Positions 47,525-58,901 of a stretch of 64,000 nt of DNA are shown piece by piece; position 1 is the first letter of the stretch; each line of letters begins with the position of its first letter. Position numbers and translations under genes: made by a program. The DNA is from Granulicella sp. (GTDB lineage Bacteria > Acidobacteriota > Terriglobia > Terriglobales > Acidobacteriaceae). The stretch is taken from assembly GCA_965198545.1 (NCBI GenBank), contig CBDAPS010000003.1:103255-167254 (forward strand), given 5' to 3'. A model generated the notes under the pieces. The model was not told where the DNA came from and did not search any database. It saw nothing but the letters and a program-made list of their open reading frames with translations.

Positions 47525-48895
47525 CTAGCAGCGGAAGATGTTGGCGGCTTCCAGGCCTCGCGTGGCGTTGCGTGTGTCCACGACGAGTTGCGCACGGCGA
47601 ACGATCTCAGGGTAGTCATAGGCGGAGTGATCGGTTGCGATCAGTATGCAGTCGAAGTCTTCCATGGATTCCAGCGGTGTAGATCGCATGTGAAGGCTGT
47701 AATGGCGGCCTTCGCCCACGTAGGGATGGTAGGGGTCGTTGTAGGCGACGTCGGCGCCTTCATGGCGCAGAAGCTCGATGAGCGTGAGGGACGGCGATTC
47801 ACGCAAGTCATCGATGTCGCGCTTGTAGGACATGCCGAGCACGAGAACTCGTGAGCCGTTGAGCGCCTTACGGCGGCTGTTCAACGCGTGCATGACCTGT
47901 TGCACGACGAACTGCGGCATGTTCTGGTTGATTTCACCGGCAAGCTCGATGAAGCGCGTGCGGAAGTCGAACTCGCGAGCCTTCCACGAAAGATAGAACG
48001 GGTCGATCGGGATGCAGTGGCCGCCGAGGCCGGGGCCCGGGTAGAAGGGGTGAAAGCCGAAGGGCTTGCTGGAGGCAGCTTCGATCACTTCCCAGATGTC
48101 GATGCCCATGCGCATGGCGAGCATCTTGAGCTCGTTGACCAGAGCGATGTTGACGCAGCGGTAGATGTTTTCGAGCAGCTTGACCATCTCCGCGGCGCGC
48201 GTTCCCGAGACTGGAACAGTGCGGGTGAAGATACCTTCGTAGAGCGCGCAGGCGAGTGTGGCGGCGATGGGATCATGGCCGCCGACTACCTTCGGGATTT
48301 CGCGGCGCGGAACCGTGGTGTTGCCGGGATCTTCACGCTCGGGTGAGAAAGCGACGTAGAGGGCGTTGTCGTCGGGGGCTCCGGTGGAGGACTGTACCTT
48401 GAGGCCGCCGCCGTTCCCGGCTTCGAGCAGCGGGATCAGGAGCTCGTCCGTGGTTCCGGGGTAGGTGGTGCTTTCCAACACAATCAATTGGCCAGCCCGG
48501 AGGAATGGGGCGATGGCGCGGGCGGTGCTTTCTATGTAGGTGAGGTCGGGCGCGTGGTGGGCGTTGAGCGGTGTGGGAACGCAAAGGATGATGGCGTCGA
48601 GATCCGCGATCCCGGCGAAGTCCGCAGTTGCGGAGAAGCCTGCCCGGCCGGCTTCTTCGATCTCTTCGGGCGCGATGCGGAAGATATAGGAGCGGCCTGA
48701 TTGCAGGGACTCGACCTTGGCGGGGTCGATGTCAAACCCGGTCACCTGAAAGCCGGATTCCACGAAAAGCAGCGATAGTGGCAAGCCGACGTAACCAAGG
48801 CCGATGATGCCGACACGAGCGTTCCTGGCTTTGAAGTGCTGTAGTCGTGTTGCCGCGAGAGCCGGGAGCGAGGCGGTGGATGGAGTTTCTGTCAT
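47525..48895 (-). CDS. Nucleotide-sugar 6-dehydrogenase (WbpA/WecC-like)
   Basis: GLGYVG, CVPTP, ESTTYPG, SPERE, KLLEN, GGHCIP, DLRESP. Confidence 0.93.
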   Translation of the reverse strand: MTETPSTASLPALAATRLQHFKARNARVGIIGLGYVGLPLSLLFVESGFQVTGFDIDPAKVESLQSGRSYIFRIAPEEIEEAGRAGFSATADFAGIADLDAIILCVPTPLNAHHAPDLTYIESTARAIAPFLRAGQLIVLESTTYPGTTDELLIPLLEAGNGGGLKVQSSTGAPDDNALYVAFSPEREDPGNTTVPRREIPKVVGGHDPIAATLACALYEGIFTRTVPVSGTRAAEMVKLLENIYRCVNIALVNELKMLAMRMGIDIWEVIEAASSKPFGFHPFYPGPGLGGHCIPIDPFYLSWKAREFDFRTRFIELAGEINQNMPQFVVQQVMHALNSRRKALNGSRVLVLGMSYKRDIDDLRESPSLTLIELLRHEGADVAYNDPYHPYVGEGRHYSLHMRSTPLESMEDFDCILIATDHSAYDYPEIVRRAQLVVDTRNATRGLEAANIFRC

Positions 48896-48902
48896 GGCCA
48901 CG

Positions 48903-49400
48903 CTAAGAGAACAACATCCCCGAGCTTCCTTCCAGATGAAGCAAATAAGCCTTCGCTTCCAGGCCGCCCGCAAAGCCCGTGAGCTTGCCCGAAGAACCAA
49001 CGACGCGGTGGCAGGGCGCGACGATGGACAGCGGATTGCGTCCATTGGCCGCACCAACCGCGCGCGTCGCTTTGGGGTCGCCGAGTTCGGTTGCGATCTG
49101 GAGATAGCTGCGGGTTTCGCCGAAGGGGATTCCGCAAAGGGCATGCCAGACGCGCTTCTGGAAAGGAGTGCCCCGCATATCGAGCGGGATGGTGAACGTC
49201 TGGCGCTTGCCTGCGAAGTACTCCGAGAGTTGAGCTTCTGCGAGGCAGAGAGTCGGATCGCCTGTGCTTTCCGCTGAGCTTTCAAGCGGAACACGGGTAC
49301 CGTTTTCGTTTTCCCAAAGTATTGCTACGAGGCCGCGTTCACTGGCAACGAGCTTCAGCCTGCCGACGGGTGAGTCGACGAACTTGAAGGACAGGCTCAT
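48903..49400 (-). CDS. ogt: Methylated-DNA--protein-cysteine S-methyltransferase
   Basis: GTPFQ, RAVG, PCHRV active site. Confidence 0.95.
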   Translation of the reverse strand: MSLSFKFVDSPVGRLKLVASERGLVAILWENENGTRVPLESSAESTGDPTLCLAEAQLSEYFAGKRQTFTIPLDMRGTPFQKRVWHALCGIPFGETRSYLQIATELGDPKATRAVGAANGRNPLSIVAPCHRVVGSSGKLTGFAGGLEAKAYLLHLEGSSGMLFS

Positions 49401-49422
49401 GTGAAGGATGTGGGAAGGAGTA

Positions 49423-49497
49423 TGGCGTCCCCGACGGGATTCGAACCCGTGTTACCGCCGTGAAAGGGCGGTGTCCTAACCGCTGGACGACGGGGAC
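49423..49497 (-). tRNA. tRNA-Glu (UUC)
   Basis: Reverse complement GTCCCCGTCGTCCAGCGGTTAGGACACCGCCC-TTTCAC-GGCGGTAACACGGGTTCGAATCCCGTCGGGGACGCCA; anticodon TTC. Confidence 0.97.
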
Positions 49498-49532
49498 GCA
49501 GGAGCTTTCGCTCTCCTACTAAGTTATCACGG

Positions 49533-50726
49533 TCAAGCCTTCAAAGTCCCCATGCGGCCGGTGCGAACCACACGGCGAACGTTGGCGTATTGCAGAAGGA
49601 TATAGTTGTCGGTCATGCCGGCAATGTAGTCGGCGACGACGCGGGCGAGACCCTCGGTTTCGACCTCTGCGAAGTAGGCCTCGGGAAGCTGCTCTGGCTC
49701 AGCGATCCAGAACTCGAAAAGCTCGGTGACGACCTCGGCGGCTTTGCTATGCTCGCGGTCGAGCTCGGGGCAGGTATAAAGCGTGTCGTAGAGGTAGCGC
49801 TTCTCTTCCCTTCTTTCGGCTTCGGCCTGCGGGGAAAGTTCGGCAAGGCGCCGGGGGGCTTGGCGGATGTCGTCGAGAGTGCGCGCGCCGGCGGCCTGCA
49901 CGTTCGCCGCGGTGGTCTGGATGAGGTCCAGAACGAGCGCCTTCTGCATAGCCTGAAGGGCATCGTGGAAGACGTACTTCTGAAGCGCGGTAGGGTGAGC
50001 GGACTCCACGGCGTTGTAGCTGCGACGAAGGATGCCGATGTGATCGCACATGTGGCTGACATCGAGCAGACCAGACTCGAGGCCGTCGTCGAGGTCGGCG
50101 GTGAGGTAGGCGATTTCATCGGCGAGGTCGATGATCTGAGCTTCCAGGGGCGGGTACTGGCCGAGGAAGTATTCGGCTAGTTCGGGATGGTCGGCGGCAG
50201 AGTAGTCGCGCGAATGTTTCACGATGCCTTCGCGCACGCCAAGCGTGAGGTTAAGGCCGCGATGGCCAGCGTAGCGCTGCTCAAAGCGATCCACGATGCG
50301 AAGCGCGTGGAGGTTGTGGTCGAAGCGCAGACCGTGGCGGCGGAGACATTCATCCAGGGCTCGCTCGCCGGCGTGACCGAACGGTGGATGCCCTATGTCG
50401 TGGACGAGAGCGAGGGTCTCTGCCAGATCGACGTTGAGGCCGAGAACCGCGGCTACCTGACGGGCGACCTGCGCGACCTCAATCGTGTGCGTGAGACGCG
50501 AGCGGAAATGATCCGAGGCCCGGCTGGTGAAGACCTGTGTCTTACCCGCGAGACGGCGGAAGGCGCGAGACTGCACGATGCGGTCGCGGTCGCGCTCGAA
50601 CGGCGAACGGCCTTCGCCGATGGGCGCCGGGTAGGCGCGCACGGAGAGTAGGTCTTCTTCGCGACCGAAGACTCCACAGGAATGCAGATTGACAGGCACT
50701 TGCCCTAGTTTAGCGTTTGGCCGCAC
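49533..50726 (-). CDS. dgt: dNTP (dGTP) triphosphohydrolase; start uncertain
   Basis: RDRDRI, KTQV, RLTH, HDIGHPPFGHAGE, DYIAGMTD. Confidence 0.93.
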   Translation of the reverse strand: MRPNAKLGQVPVNLHSCGVFGREEDLLSVRAYPAPIGEGRSPFERDRDRIVQSRAFRRLAGKTQVFTSRASDHFRSRLTHTIEVAQVARQVAAVLGLNVDLAETLALVHDIGHPPFGHAGERALDECLRRHGLRFDHNLHALRIVDRFEQRYAGHRGLNLTLGVREGIVKHSRDYSAADHPELAEYFLGQYPPLEAQIIDLADEIAYLTADLDDGLESGLLDVSHMCDHIGILRRSYNAVESAHPTALQKYVFHDALQAMQKALVLDLIQTTAANVQAAGARTLDDIRQAPRRLAELSPQAEAERREEKRYLYDTLYTCPELDREHSKAAEVVTELFEFWIAEPEQLPEAYFAEVETEGLARVVADYIAGMTDNYILLQYANVRRVVRTGRMGTLKA

Positions 50727-50794
50727 GCAAATGTTGCACCACGGGTCAGGCGAGTTGTCAGTACGGCGAGTTCTCGAGTGATAGCAGGGGTGCT

Positions 50795-52888
50795 TTACTT
50801 AGCAGGAGCGGCGTGGGCCAGCTTGACGCGCACTGTTTCAAGCTTGTGTTGGACCTTGGCGGCGTCGGCTGGGTCTGCATCTGCCGGAAGCGAGGTGGCG
50901 TACTCCTGCGTGGAGCGCTGCCACTGCGCCGCGGCCATGCCGAGCTTGCCGTTCTTTTCGTAGATGTCGCCCAGGTGATCGAGTACGGTGGGATCGGTGG
51001 GAGTACGCTCCGCGGCCTTGCGGGCATACTCCTCGGCGAGCGTGTACTGGCCCTGCTTGTAGTAGGCCCAGCCGAGCGAATCAAGGAAGGCGCCGTTCTG
51101 CGGATCGGCGGTAACGGCCTTCTTCAGCATGGCAATGGCCTCATCGAGACGTGTGCCCCGCTCAGCCAGGAGGTAGCCATAGTCATTCTGGATCTCGGCG
51201 TTCTGCGGATCGAGAGCTAACGCCTTTCTATATTGCGCTTCGGCCTCGTCGAACATCTTCCGCTTGTCGGCGAGAGTTCCGCGGTATGCGTCAAGAGCGA
51301 TCTTGTCCTCGGGCTTGGTAGACATAGCATCCACCTTGTCGAGCACGGTGCTGGCCTCGGCAAAGCGCTTGGCGCGGCTGTCGATGTCTGCCTCGGTGAA
51401 GTAGACGTCACGATCGTCAGGCGTGCCCTTGAGCTGGGCGTTGCAGAGCTTGAGAGCCTCGTCGAGCTTGCCGGTATCGGCAAGCTGGCGGGCGTACATC
51501 AACTGAACGTCGCGGTTCCCAGGCATTTGCTTCGCCAGGTCGGCGGCGACTTTCGCGGCTGAGGCGTAGTCGTGCGCATCGCGGTAGGTGTCGATCAGGC
51601 CGCCAGTGCCACGCACCTGCATGTCTCCACCGAGGGCAATGATCTGCTGATACACAGCAACGGCATCGGAGGTATGGCGCTGTTCACGGTCGACGAGGCC
51701 CAGGCGATCCAACAGCAGGGCGCGGTTGTTGCGCTCCTCATCGTTGTACTTGCCGTCGGTGTGCGCCGTGCTGGCGAGCATGTCCTTCAACGTCTGGACG
51801 GAGTCGTTGTAGCGACCGAGGGCGTCGTACACGAGCGCCTCGTTGTACTTGAGCTCCAAACTGTCGGGAGCCAGCGCGGCGGCCTTCTTCAGCGTGGCGA
51901 GTGCTTCTTCATACTTGCCATTCTGGCGTTGCAGGTCGGCTGCGCGAATGAGCGATTCCGCGTCGTTGGGGTCAGCTTTCACCAGGTCGCCGTAGAGCTT
52001 GGCCGCGGCGTCATTCTGGCCGGAGGCGATGAGCGAGTTGGCCAGGCCGCGTTTGGCGTCCATGTTGTCCGGATCCTCGTTGAGGGCGGCCTGGTATGCC
52101 TGCGCGGACAACTTGAACTTCTTCATCTGGTCGTAGATACCGGCCAGCGCGAGGTCCATGCGGCCGGAGCGATCATCGACTGGGACGGCGGAGATGGTGT
52201 CCGCAGCCTTCTGGAAGTTGCCCTGCTCGGTGTAAAGGCGAGCGATGCTGAGGACAACTTCCTCCGAGGTGCCGTCGATCCGCTGGGCAGCCTGGAACTG
52301 CTGTTCCGCGTTGGCCTGATCGTGATTGAGGCCGTAGAGCTGGCCGAGAAGGAGATGCGTTTCGAGATCGTCCGGCTTGAGCCGCGCGATGGTTTCGTAC
52401 TCCTTGATGGCTGCCTTGAGCATGTCGCCGGACTGCGGTCCTTGCCCATCGCCGAGGGTGCGGAGATAGACGCGGCCAAGCAGGATATGGGCTTCGGGAT
52501 CCTCGGGGTGGCGGTTGACCTGGTCCTGGGCGGCAGAGACCGCTTCCCGGATGCGACCTAGCTTGAAGTAGAGGTTGGCCAGGCCGTCCTGGAGGTCACG
52601 CGAGCCGGGATCGGAGTTCAGCGCGAGTTTGTACTGCTCGATGGCCTGGGTAGCGAGGTCCTGACGGCCGCTGGTTGTCGCCTGGTCTTCATAAAGCTTC
52701 GCAAGAGCGTAGTGGTAGTAGGCACTGGAGCGGTCGGTCTCCGAAGCCGCTGCCGCAGCGGGCGCGGGCTCCGTCTTGCCTGCTTTGCCCGTTGGAGTCT
52801 GGGTGTGTGCTGTCGCTGCGGTGGTTGCTGCCAGAAGGAAGGCGGCGAGGGCGATGGGGGCCGATGAGGAGCGAAGCGCAGCGATCAT
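50795..52888 (-). CDS. Secreted TPR-repeat protein
   Basis: Signal peptide, many TPRs, NDYGY and DSLGWAYY motifs. Confidence 0.88.
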   Translation of the reverse strand: MIAALRSSSAPIALAAFLLAATTAATAHTQTPTGKAGKTEPAPAAAAASETDRSSAYYHYALAKLYEDQATTSGRQDLATQAIEQYKLALNSDPGSRDLQDGLANLYFKLGRIREAVSAAQDQVNRHPEDPEAHILLGRVYLRTLGDGQGPQSGDMLKAAIKEYETIARLKPDDLETHLLLGQLYGLNHDQANAEQQFQAAQRIDGTSEEVVLSIARLYTEQGNFQKAADTISAVPVDDRSGRMDLALAGIYDQMKKFKLSAQAYQAALNEDPDNMDAKRGLANSLIASGQNDAAAKLYGDLVKADPNDAESLIRAADLQRQNGKYEEALATLKKAAALAPDSLELKYNEALVYDALGRYNDSVQTLKDMLASTAHTDGKYNDEERNNRALLLDRLGLVDREQRHTSDAVAVYQQIIALGGDMQVRGTGGLIDTYRDAHDYASAAKVAADLAKQMPGNRDVQLMYARQLADTGKLDEALKLCNAQLKGTPDDRDVYFTEADIDSRAKRFAEASTVLDKVDAMSTKPEDKIALDAYRGTLADKRKMFDEAEAQYRKALALDPQNAEIQNDYGYLLAERGTRLDEAIAMLKKAVTADPQNGAFLDSLGWAYYKQGQYTLAEEYARKAAERTPTDPTVLDHLGDIYEKNGKLGMAAAQWQRSTQEYATSLPADADPADAAKVQHKLETVRVKLAHAAPAK

Positions 52889-53007
52889 GTAGTGTCCTGG
52901 ACTAGCGGATGACGCGGATGACTCAGACGTTCTCAATAGCTTAGACGGCTTTTCTCCAATTTAGATGCTGTTTTGGCATTTCGCTGGATACGAGCGCGTA
53001 GTTCCTG

Positions 53008-54618
53008 TTACCCATGACGGAAGTGCCGAACGCCGGTCATGACCATGGCGAGGCCGAGCTTGTCGGCGGCGGCGATGACTTCCGCATCACGAACGGAGCC
53101 GCCGGGCTGAATGATCGCCGTGGCACCGGCTTCGGCGATGACTTGCACGCCGTCCGGGAAGGGGAAAAACGCGTCCGAGGCGGCCACTGTGCCGGCGAGT
53201 GGGAGCGCAGCTTTCATCGCGCCGAAGCGGGCGGCGTCTACGCGGCTCATCTGGCCGGCACCGACACCGACCGTCTGACCGTAGCCCGAGTCAAAACGGG
53301 CGTAGACGATCGCGTTGGACTTGACGTGCTTGCAGACTCGCCAGGCGAAGATCAGCGTTTCCAGCTCTTCCGGCGTTGGCTGGCGCTGGCTGGCGACCTT
53401 GATGGTGCTGCCGTTGACGACGGCGTGGTCTTCGTCCTGAAGGAGGAAGCCGCCGGAGATCTGCTTGAGGACGCGACTGGTGGCAACGGGCTGGATGCGG
53501 AGGAGGCGGAGGTTCTTTTTGGCCTGCAGGATGGTGAGCGCTTCGGGAGTGAAGTCGGGGGCGACGATGGCTTCGACGAAGAGCTTGGCCATTTCGGTCG
53601 CTGCGGGACCGTTTACAGGGCGATTGACGCCAATGACGCCGCCGAAAGCGGAGACGAAATCGCTGGCCAGGGCGCGGGTGTAGGCTTCGGCGATGGTAGC
53701 TCCCTGGCCTACGCCGCAGGGATTGGTGTGCTTGATGATGGCCACGGCGGGAGCTTCGAACTCGGACGCAAGTGCCCAGCAGGCATCGAGATCCACGAGA
53801 TTGTTAAAGCTCAACTCCTTGCCGCCTAACTGCTCAGCTCCGGCGATCCCGAGGCCGGATGCGTCGGCGTAGACGGCGGCCTTCTGATGGGGGTTCTCGC
53901 CGTAACGCAGGGTTGTTTTGCGGGGTACGATCAGACGGAAGGTGGATGGAAAGTCTGAGCTGGATTCTGTAGGGGTTTCGAGGCTGCGGGCTTCGAGAGC
54001 CGTGGCGATGGCGGAGTCGTAGGCTGCGGTGGTGACGAAGGCGGCGCGAGCCAAATTCCAGCGTGTTTCTCTGGACAGAGCACCGGAGTTGGCATGGAGT
54101 TCCGCGGCTAGTGCCGGATAGTCGGCGGCGCGGGTAACCACGGCTACGTCTTCGAAGTTTTTGGCGGCGGAGCGGAGCATGGACGGGCCGCCGATGTCGA
54201 TGTTTTCCACTATCTCGTGGAGGGCTACGCCGGGCTTGGCGGCGGTCTTCTCGAAGGCGTAGAGGTTGACCACGACCATGTCGATGGGCGGGATGCCATG
54301 CTGCTGGACGGCGGCGACGTGCTCGGGGACGTCGCGGCGGTGGAGCAGGCCTCCATGGACGACGGGGTGCAGCGTCTTGACGCGGCCGTCGAGCATCTCC
54401 GGAAAGCTGGTGAGTTCGGAGATGTCGCGGACGGCGAGGCCGGCGTCGCGCAGAGCCTTGGCCGTGCCGCCGGTGGAGACGAGATCAACGCCAAAGCTGG
54501 CGAGAACCTGAGCGAATTCGACCAGGCCAGTCTTGTCGGTCACCGACAGGAGGGCGCGGGTGATCTTTTTGAGAGAGCTGGAAGGGCTGGACGCAGGAGC
54601 GGGACTGGAGTCGTTCAT
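53008..54618 (-). CDS. purH: AICAR transformylase/IMP cyclohydrolase
   Basis: [43 protein letters not shown]. Confidence 0.98.
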   Translation of the reverse strand: MNDSSPAPASSPSSSLKKITRALLSVTDKTGLVEFAQVLASFGVDLVSTGGTAKALRDAGLAVRDISELTSFPEMLDGRVKTLHPVVHGGLLHRRDVPEHVAAVQQHGIPPIDMVVVNLYAFEKTAAKPGVALHEIVENIDIGGPSMLRSAAKNFEDVAVVTRAADYPALAAELHANSGALSRETRWNLARAAFVTTAAYDSAIATALEARSLETPTESSSDFPSTFRLIVPRKTTLRYGENPHQKAAVYADASGLGIAGAEQLGGKELSFNNLVDLDACWALASEFEAPAVAIIKHTNPCGVGQGATIAEAYTRALASDFVSAFGGVIGVNRPVNGPAATEMAKLFVEAIVAPDFTPEALTILQAKKNLRLLRIQPVATSRVLKQISGGFLLQDEDHAVVNGSTIKVASQRQPTPEELETLIFAWRVCKHVKSNAIVYARFDSGYGQTVGVGAGQMSRVDAARFGAMKAALPLAGTVAASDAFFPFPDGVQVIAEAGATAIIQPGGSVRDAEVIAAADKLGLAMVMTGVRHFRHG

Positions 54619-54719
54619 CTCACCCTCGATTGTATGCAGCCGCGATGAGCAAGATTCTGGGAAACCCGGCGGGTACCGGCCGGGAATTGGTGTGATAGGG
54701 CGCGTTAAGATAGCTATCT

Positions 54720-56048
54720 ATGCTTGACCTCGCCTTCGTGCGCGCAAACCTGGCGCTCGTAGAAGACAAACTGCGTGCCCGTGGCGCGGATGCCGATGTT
54801 TTGGCCAACTTTGCGCGCCTGGATGCGGATCGCCGCGCTGCCATTACCAAAGCTGAAACGCTGAAGGCCCAGCGCAATGCGCTGACTGAAGAGTTTGTGC
54901 GGTTGAAGCGCAGCGGCGCCGATGTAGCGGAAATCAGTCAGCGCACTCGCGATCTGAAGGACGAGACGACTGCACTGGAAAGCGAAGCGTCCGCTGCCGA
55001 CGAAGCGTTGCGCTCGCTGCTGCAGACACTGCCCAACCTGCCGCAGGATGATGTGCCGGTAGGCAAGTCAGAGCATGAGAACGTCTGCACCAGGACGGTG
55101 GGTGAGGCGGTGGTGTTTGACTTCCCTGCCAGGCCGCACTGGGAGCTGGGCGAGGCGCTTGGCATCCTGGATTTTGGGCGGGCGGCAAAGATTTCGGGCT
55201 CGCGCTTTGTGGTGCAGTTTGGCGCGGGGGCCCGGCTGGAAAGGGCGCTGGCGAACTTTATGGTGGACCTGCATACGCGCGAGCATGGCTATGCCGAGGT
55301 TCTGCCGCCGTTCATGGTGAACTCGAAGTCCCTGTTTGGCACCGGGCAGTTGCCGAAGTTCGCCGAAGACCTGTTTCACTGCGACGACAAAGGCGCTTAT
55401 GTGCCGGGTGAGCTGGCGGAGAGCGATCACTGGCTGATTCCCACGGCGGAAGTACCGGTGACGAACATCTTTCGTGACGAAACGATTGACCTGACTGGCG
55501 GCCCGATCAGCTTTTGTGCGTACACACCGTGCTTCCGGTCTGAGGCTGGGTCGTATGGCAAGGACGTGCGCGGAATGATTCGGCAGCACCAGTTCCAGAA
55601 GGTTGAGTTGGTGAAGTTCACGCGGCCGGAGGAGTCGGCGGCGGAGCACGAGGCGTTGACGCGGCATGCGGAGACGGTGCTGGAGAAGCTTGGACTTCCC
55701 TATCGGCGGATGCTGCTTTGTACGGGCGACATGGGATTCAGTTCAAGCAAGACATACGACCTTGAAGTCTGGCTGCCGGGCCAGCAGACGTATCGCGAGA
55801 TCAGCTCGTGCTCGAACTTCGAGAGCTTCCAGGCGCGGCGCGCCAACATTCGCTACAGGCCTGCGGGCGGCGGCAAGGCAGAGTTCGTCCACACGCTGAA
55901 CGGGAGCGGGTTGGCCGTGGGCAGGACTTATCTTGCTGTGCTGGAGAACTATCAGCAGGCGGATGGCAGCGTGCGGGTTCCCGAGGTTTTGATCCCGTAC
56001 ATGGGGACGGATGTGATCCGGGCCGAGAAGCTGGGGCGTGCGCTGTGA
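54720..56048 (+). CDS. serS: Serine--tRNA ligase
   Basis: N-terminal coiled coil, [29 protein letters not shown]. Confidence 0.98.
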   Translation: MLDLAFVRANLALVEDKLRARGADADVLANFARLDADRRAAITKAETLKAQRNALTEEFVRLKRSGADVAEISQRTRDLKDETTALESEASAADEALRSLLQTLPNLPQDDVPVGKSEHENVCTRTVGEAVVFDFPARPHWELGEALGILDFGRAAKISGSRFVVQFGAGARLERALANFMVDLHTREHGYAEVLPPFMVNSKSLFGTGQLPKFAEDLFHCDDKGAYVPGELAESDHWLIPTAEVPVTNIFRDETIDLTGGPISFCAYTPCFRSEAGSYGKDVRGMIRQHQFQKVELVKFTRPEESAAEHEALTRHAETVLEKLGLPYRRMLLCTGDMGFSSSKTYDLEVWLPGQQTYREISSCSNFESFQARRANIRYRPAGGGKAEFVHTLNGSGLAVGRTYLAVLENYQQADGSVRVPEVLIPYMGTDVIRAEKLGRAL

Positions 56049-56050
56049 GT

Positions 56051-56485
56051 ATGCAGGCGAATGGCGTGGCAGCGAACAACCTGGCGGAGCGCGGGGGCAA
56101 TCCCGTCACTCGGCTGATCCACAACTACATCTTCTGGGCGTATGACCGCGGCAGCCTGCACTACGACATCCTGGTGACGACGATCCTGCTGTTCCTGTTC
56201 GTGGGGCCGCACTTCATCAACTTCCATGACCGGCCGGTGCCGACAGTGCCGCTTCGCGAGGCGGCGATCGTGGTGAAGCCGAATGGACAAGTCGGGGGGC
56301 GGCAGCGATATCTGTACGAGATTCGGTCGGACGACCTGGGGTCGCCTAAGGACGGCGCGGAGCTTTCGGATGCGGTGGAGAATGCCATCGAGCCGATCAG
56401 CGGCGCGGTCACCGTCTTGCGAATCGACCCGGTGCAGGACGCAAGCCACAAGGTAGTGGCGTACGACGTGACGGCGCTGCGGTAG
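56051..56485 (+). CDS. Hypothetical single-pass membrane protein
   Basis: ATG 2 bp after the serS stop; FWAYDRGSLHYD followed by a TM helix. Confidence 0.75.
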   Translation: MQANGVAANNLAERGGNPVTRLIHNYIFWAYDRGSLHYDILVTTILLFLFVGPHFINFHDRPVPTVPLREAAIVVKPNGQVGGRQRYLYEIRSDDLGSPKDGAELSDAVENAIEPISGAVTVLRIDPVQDASHKVVAYDVTALR

Positions 56486-56574
56486 ACAGGGTTCCTCGCT
56501 GTCGCGACATTTACAGATCGAAGCCATCTAAACCGTTGGTCCTTCGCGGGCCGGAGAGTCTCAGGAGATCCCTC

Positions 56575-57264
56575 ATGACGTTGCGAATGCTTGCCATTGG
56601 ATTGCTGTTAGGAGCGAGCGCTTCTTCTCTGTATGCACAAACGCCACAGGTGAAAGCACTGTTGGATCAACTGGATGCGGCCAGTGCGAAGTTCAAGACA
56701 GTGCAGGCCAACGTGGCGTATGACGAGTACACCAAGATCGTGAAGGACCATGATCTTTCTGCCGGCTCGATGTACATCGAGCGCGCGGGCAAGGACGAGA
56801 ACTTCGGGGCGGCGATCTCGCCGACAGGGTCGAGCACTCCCTCGAAGATCGTGAACTACACCGGTGGGACGCTGCAGGTGTACTCGCCGGGCACAGGCCA
56901 GGATGACGTATTCAAGGCCGGGCAGAACCAGGCGAAGTATGACAGCTTTCTGACGCTCGGATTCGGCGGCAGCGGGCGCGATCTTGCGGCTTCGTGGAAC
57001 ATCCAAGACCTGGGGCCTGAGACGATTGACGGCGTGAAGACGGAGAAGCTGGACCTGACGGGGAAAGACCCCAGCATCAGCAACACGTTCAAGCATGTGA
57101 CGATCTGGGTGGACCCCACACGCGGGGTGTCGTTGAAGCAGGCGTTCTTCCAGCCGAACGGGGACAGCCGGACGGCGACCTACTCGAACATCCGGGTAAA
57201 CGGCGGGAAGATCGATAAGAAGCCGTTTGAGATTGGAAAGGGCGCCAAGAAGGTGATGCACTAG
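56575..57264 (+). CDS. LolA-like outer-membrane lipoprotein carrier protein
   Basis: Signal peptide, beta-rich sequence, LGFGGSG, IWVD; AGGAG RBS. Confidence 0.7.
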   Translation: MTLRMLAIGLLLGASASSLYAQTPQVKALLDQLDAASAKFKTVQANVAYDEYTKIVKDHDLSAGSMYIERAGKDENFGAAISPTGSSTPSKIVNYTGGTLQVYSPGTGQDDVFKAGQNQAKYDSFLTLGFGGSGRDLAASWNIQDLGPETIDGVKTEKLDLTGKDPSISNTFKHVTIWVDPTRGVSLKQAFFQPNGDSRTATYSNIRVNGGKIDKKPFEIGKGAKKVMH

Positions 57265-57323
57265 CGCGGCGAACGGGCTTGGGCTTGGTCGAGCTTGCCG
57301 CTTCGCGCCTCGCCCTGACAAAT

Positions 57324-57375
57324 GCGGGGTGCTCTCCACTGCGGTCGCAAGAGCGCGGCCTTCAGTCGAGATGAC
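57324..57375 (+). repeat. Intergenic CTCTCCACT...GTCGAGATGAC repeat, copy 2
   Basis: Same termini as 14011-14052 with a different internal segment. Confidence 0.65.
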
Positions 57376-57387
57376 AAGCTTTGGGTA

Positions 57388-58794
57388 CTACGGAGCTTTC
57401 TCTGAGAGCGTGGCATGCGGAGTGAGGGCAAATGCGGCCAGCAGCAGGACGATCGGGTAGCACTCGATGGTGTAGCGAGGTTCGGAGTTATCCAGCGTTA
57501 GGAGCAGGGCGCAGCGTAGAACGATGAAGCCCAGGGCTGCAGCGGCTAGCGGTGCGTGGCCTGCCCAGTGAAACCAGCGCCAGCGCAGCAGCCCTCCGAA
57601 AGCCCCAAGCAGCAAAAGCAGGTTGAGCAGGGCGTAGGCTGCCGCGAGTACTGAGCCGTGCGGATGGGAGCGGACTCGCCACCAGTCCAGCGGGAGTTTC
57701 ATGAACTCCGTGCGGGGGCGGAGTGCCATGTCTGCCAAGCGGGCGAGCGGCATGAGGACCAACGACCGGACTGGGTGGTTGTGGATGCGCTCGCCGGCCA
57801 GCTGGTTGAAGGCTGCCTCGACCGGTGGGGTGGACGCGGTCTCGCGGTTGTAGCGCGAGATGATGGCCGCGGTGGTCTGTTGTTGAGCGGGGCTGTCGAA
57901 GGCGCGTGGTGGAAGGTCCTTCATGGACAGAGGGTCGCCGTCGTAAGCCCAATAAACGTCGAGGTTGGATTTGTACTCAATGGCCCAGGTACGGTACCAG
58001 CGGTTGAAGCCGTAGTTGGTGGGCTCGCCAGGATCGTTCGCGTATTTGGGTGCCAGCGGCTGGATGACATGGAAGACGTGCCAGTTACGGGCAGTCCAGA
58101 GGCCGAGCGGCAGGAGCAGGCCGAAGCAAACGACTGCTGTTGGCGCGAGACGACCGACGAGTGAGGGGGATGGCAACGTTCGCCAGCTTGCGAAGAGTAT
58201 GACGGGCAGAACCGCGATGGCGAGGAGCGACTGGTCCGGGCGCAGCAGCACGGAAAAGGCCAGCGCGAACGCGAGGCTGAGCAGCCAGGGGTTCCATGGA
58301 TTGCCTGCGGCGGCCTGCCAGAGCCAGGCGTCGAGGCTGAGCAGCGCTAACGCGACGCAGAACAGGCACAAGGTTTCGGTGAGGCCTAGGGCGCAGTAGT
58401 TGGCGGTAAACGGACAGAGTGCCGCGAGACCGAAGGCTACCAGGCCGGCGCGTTCCCCCAAAATGCGGCGGGCAAGATTCCCTAGCAGGCAGCAGGTGAA
58501 GAGGTCGATGCCGGCCTGAATCCAGAGGACCGACGCATAGTTCTCCATCCCGCAAAGCTTGAAGCAGACCGCGAGAAATAGCGGGTAACCGGGCAGACGG
58601 ATGAGCGTGGGGCGGATGCGGGTGGCTTCCGTGAAGCCGTAGATGCCGTGCTGTAGCACGTTGCGGGCAAGGTCGCCGTAGAGCAGCGTGTCGCCGGCGA
58701 AGCGCGGATGACGCCAGACAAACACCACACGGAGCACGATGCCAAGCGCGAGCAGGAGCGCGGTCCAGAGCTGGAGGCGTCGGCGATGCATCAC
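57388..58794 (-). CDS. GT39/ArnT-like multi-pass glycosyltransferase
   Basis: D..Y, R.PGYP, LTE, RP and PRY motifs among many TM helices. Confidence 0.85.
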   Translation of the reverse strand: MMHRRRLQLWTALLLALGIVLRVVFVWRHPRFAGDTLLYGDLARNVLQHGIYGFTEATRIRPTLIRLPGYPLFLAVCFKLCGMENYASVLWIQAGIDLFTCCLLGNLARRILGERAGLVAFGLAALCPFTANYCALGLTETLCLFCVALALLSLDAWLWQAAAGNPWNPWLLSLAFALAFSVLLRPDQSLLAIAVLPVILFASWRTLPSPSLVGRLAPTAVVCFGLLLPLGLWTARNWHVFHVIQPLAPKYANDPGEPTNYGFNRWYRTWAIEYKSNLDVYWAYDGDPLSMKDLPPRAFDSPAQQQTTAAIISRYNRETASTPPVEAAFNQLAGERIHNHPVRSLVLMPLARLADMALRPRTEFMKLPLDWWRVRSHPHGSVLAAAYALLNLLLLLGAFGGLLRWRWFHWAGHAPLAAAALGFIVLRCALLLTLDNSEPRYTIECYPIVLLLAAFALTPHATLSEKAP

Positions 58795-58901
58795 ACGTGC
58801 ATCATACTGAGCTATCACAACTTGAACACCTTCTGTATCCGTTACCCTACGTTGGGTAGCCTTAACGGGCGTAGCTACGAGCACAGGAAGAACACCAGCC
58901 G

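Noticed and set aside
48896-49294. N-terminal extension of the sugar dehydrogenase ORF
   Set aside because: Overlaps ogt in another frame; the ATG at 48895 fits better.
49533-50726. dGTPase as an anti-phage gene
   Set aside because: Short housekeeping-type Dgt in a core context with host-like codon usage.
54619-54719. Possible ZTP riboswitch or T-box upstream of purH/serS
   Set aside because: Only 101 bp holding divergent promoters; no matching motifs seen.
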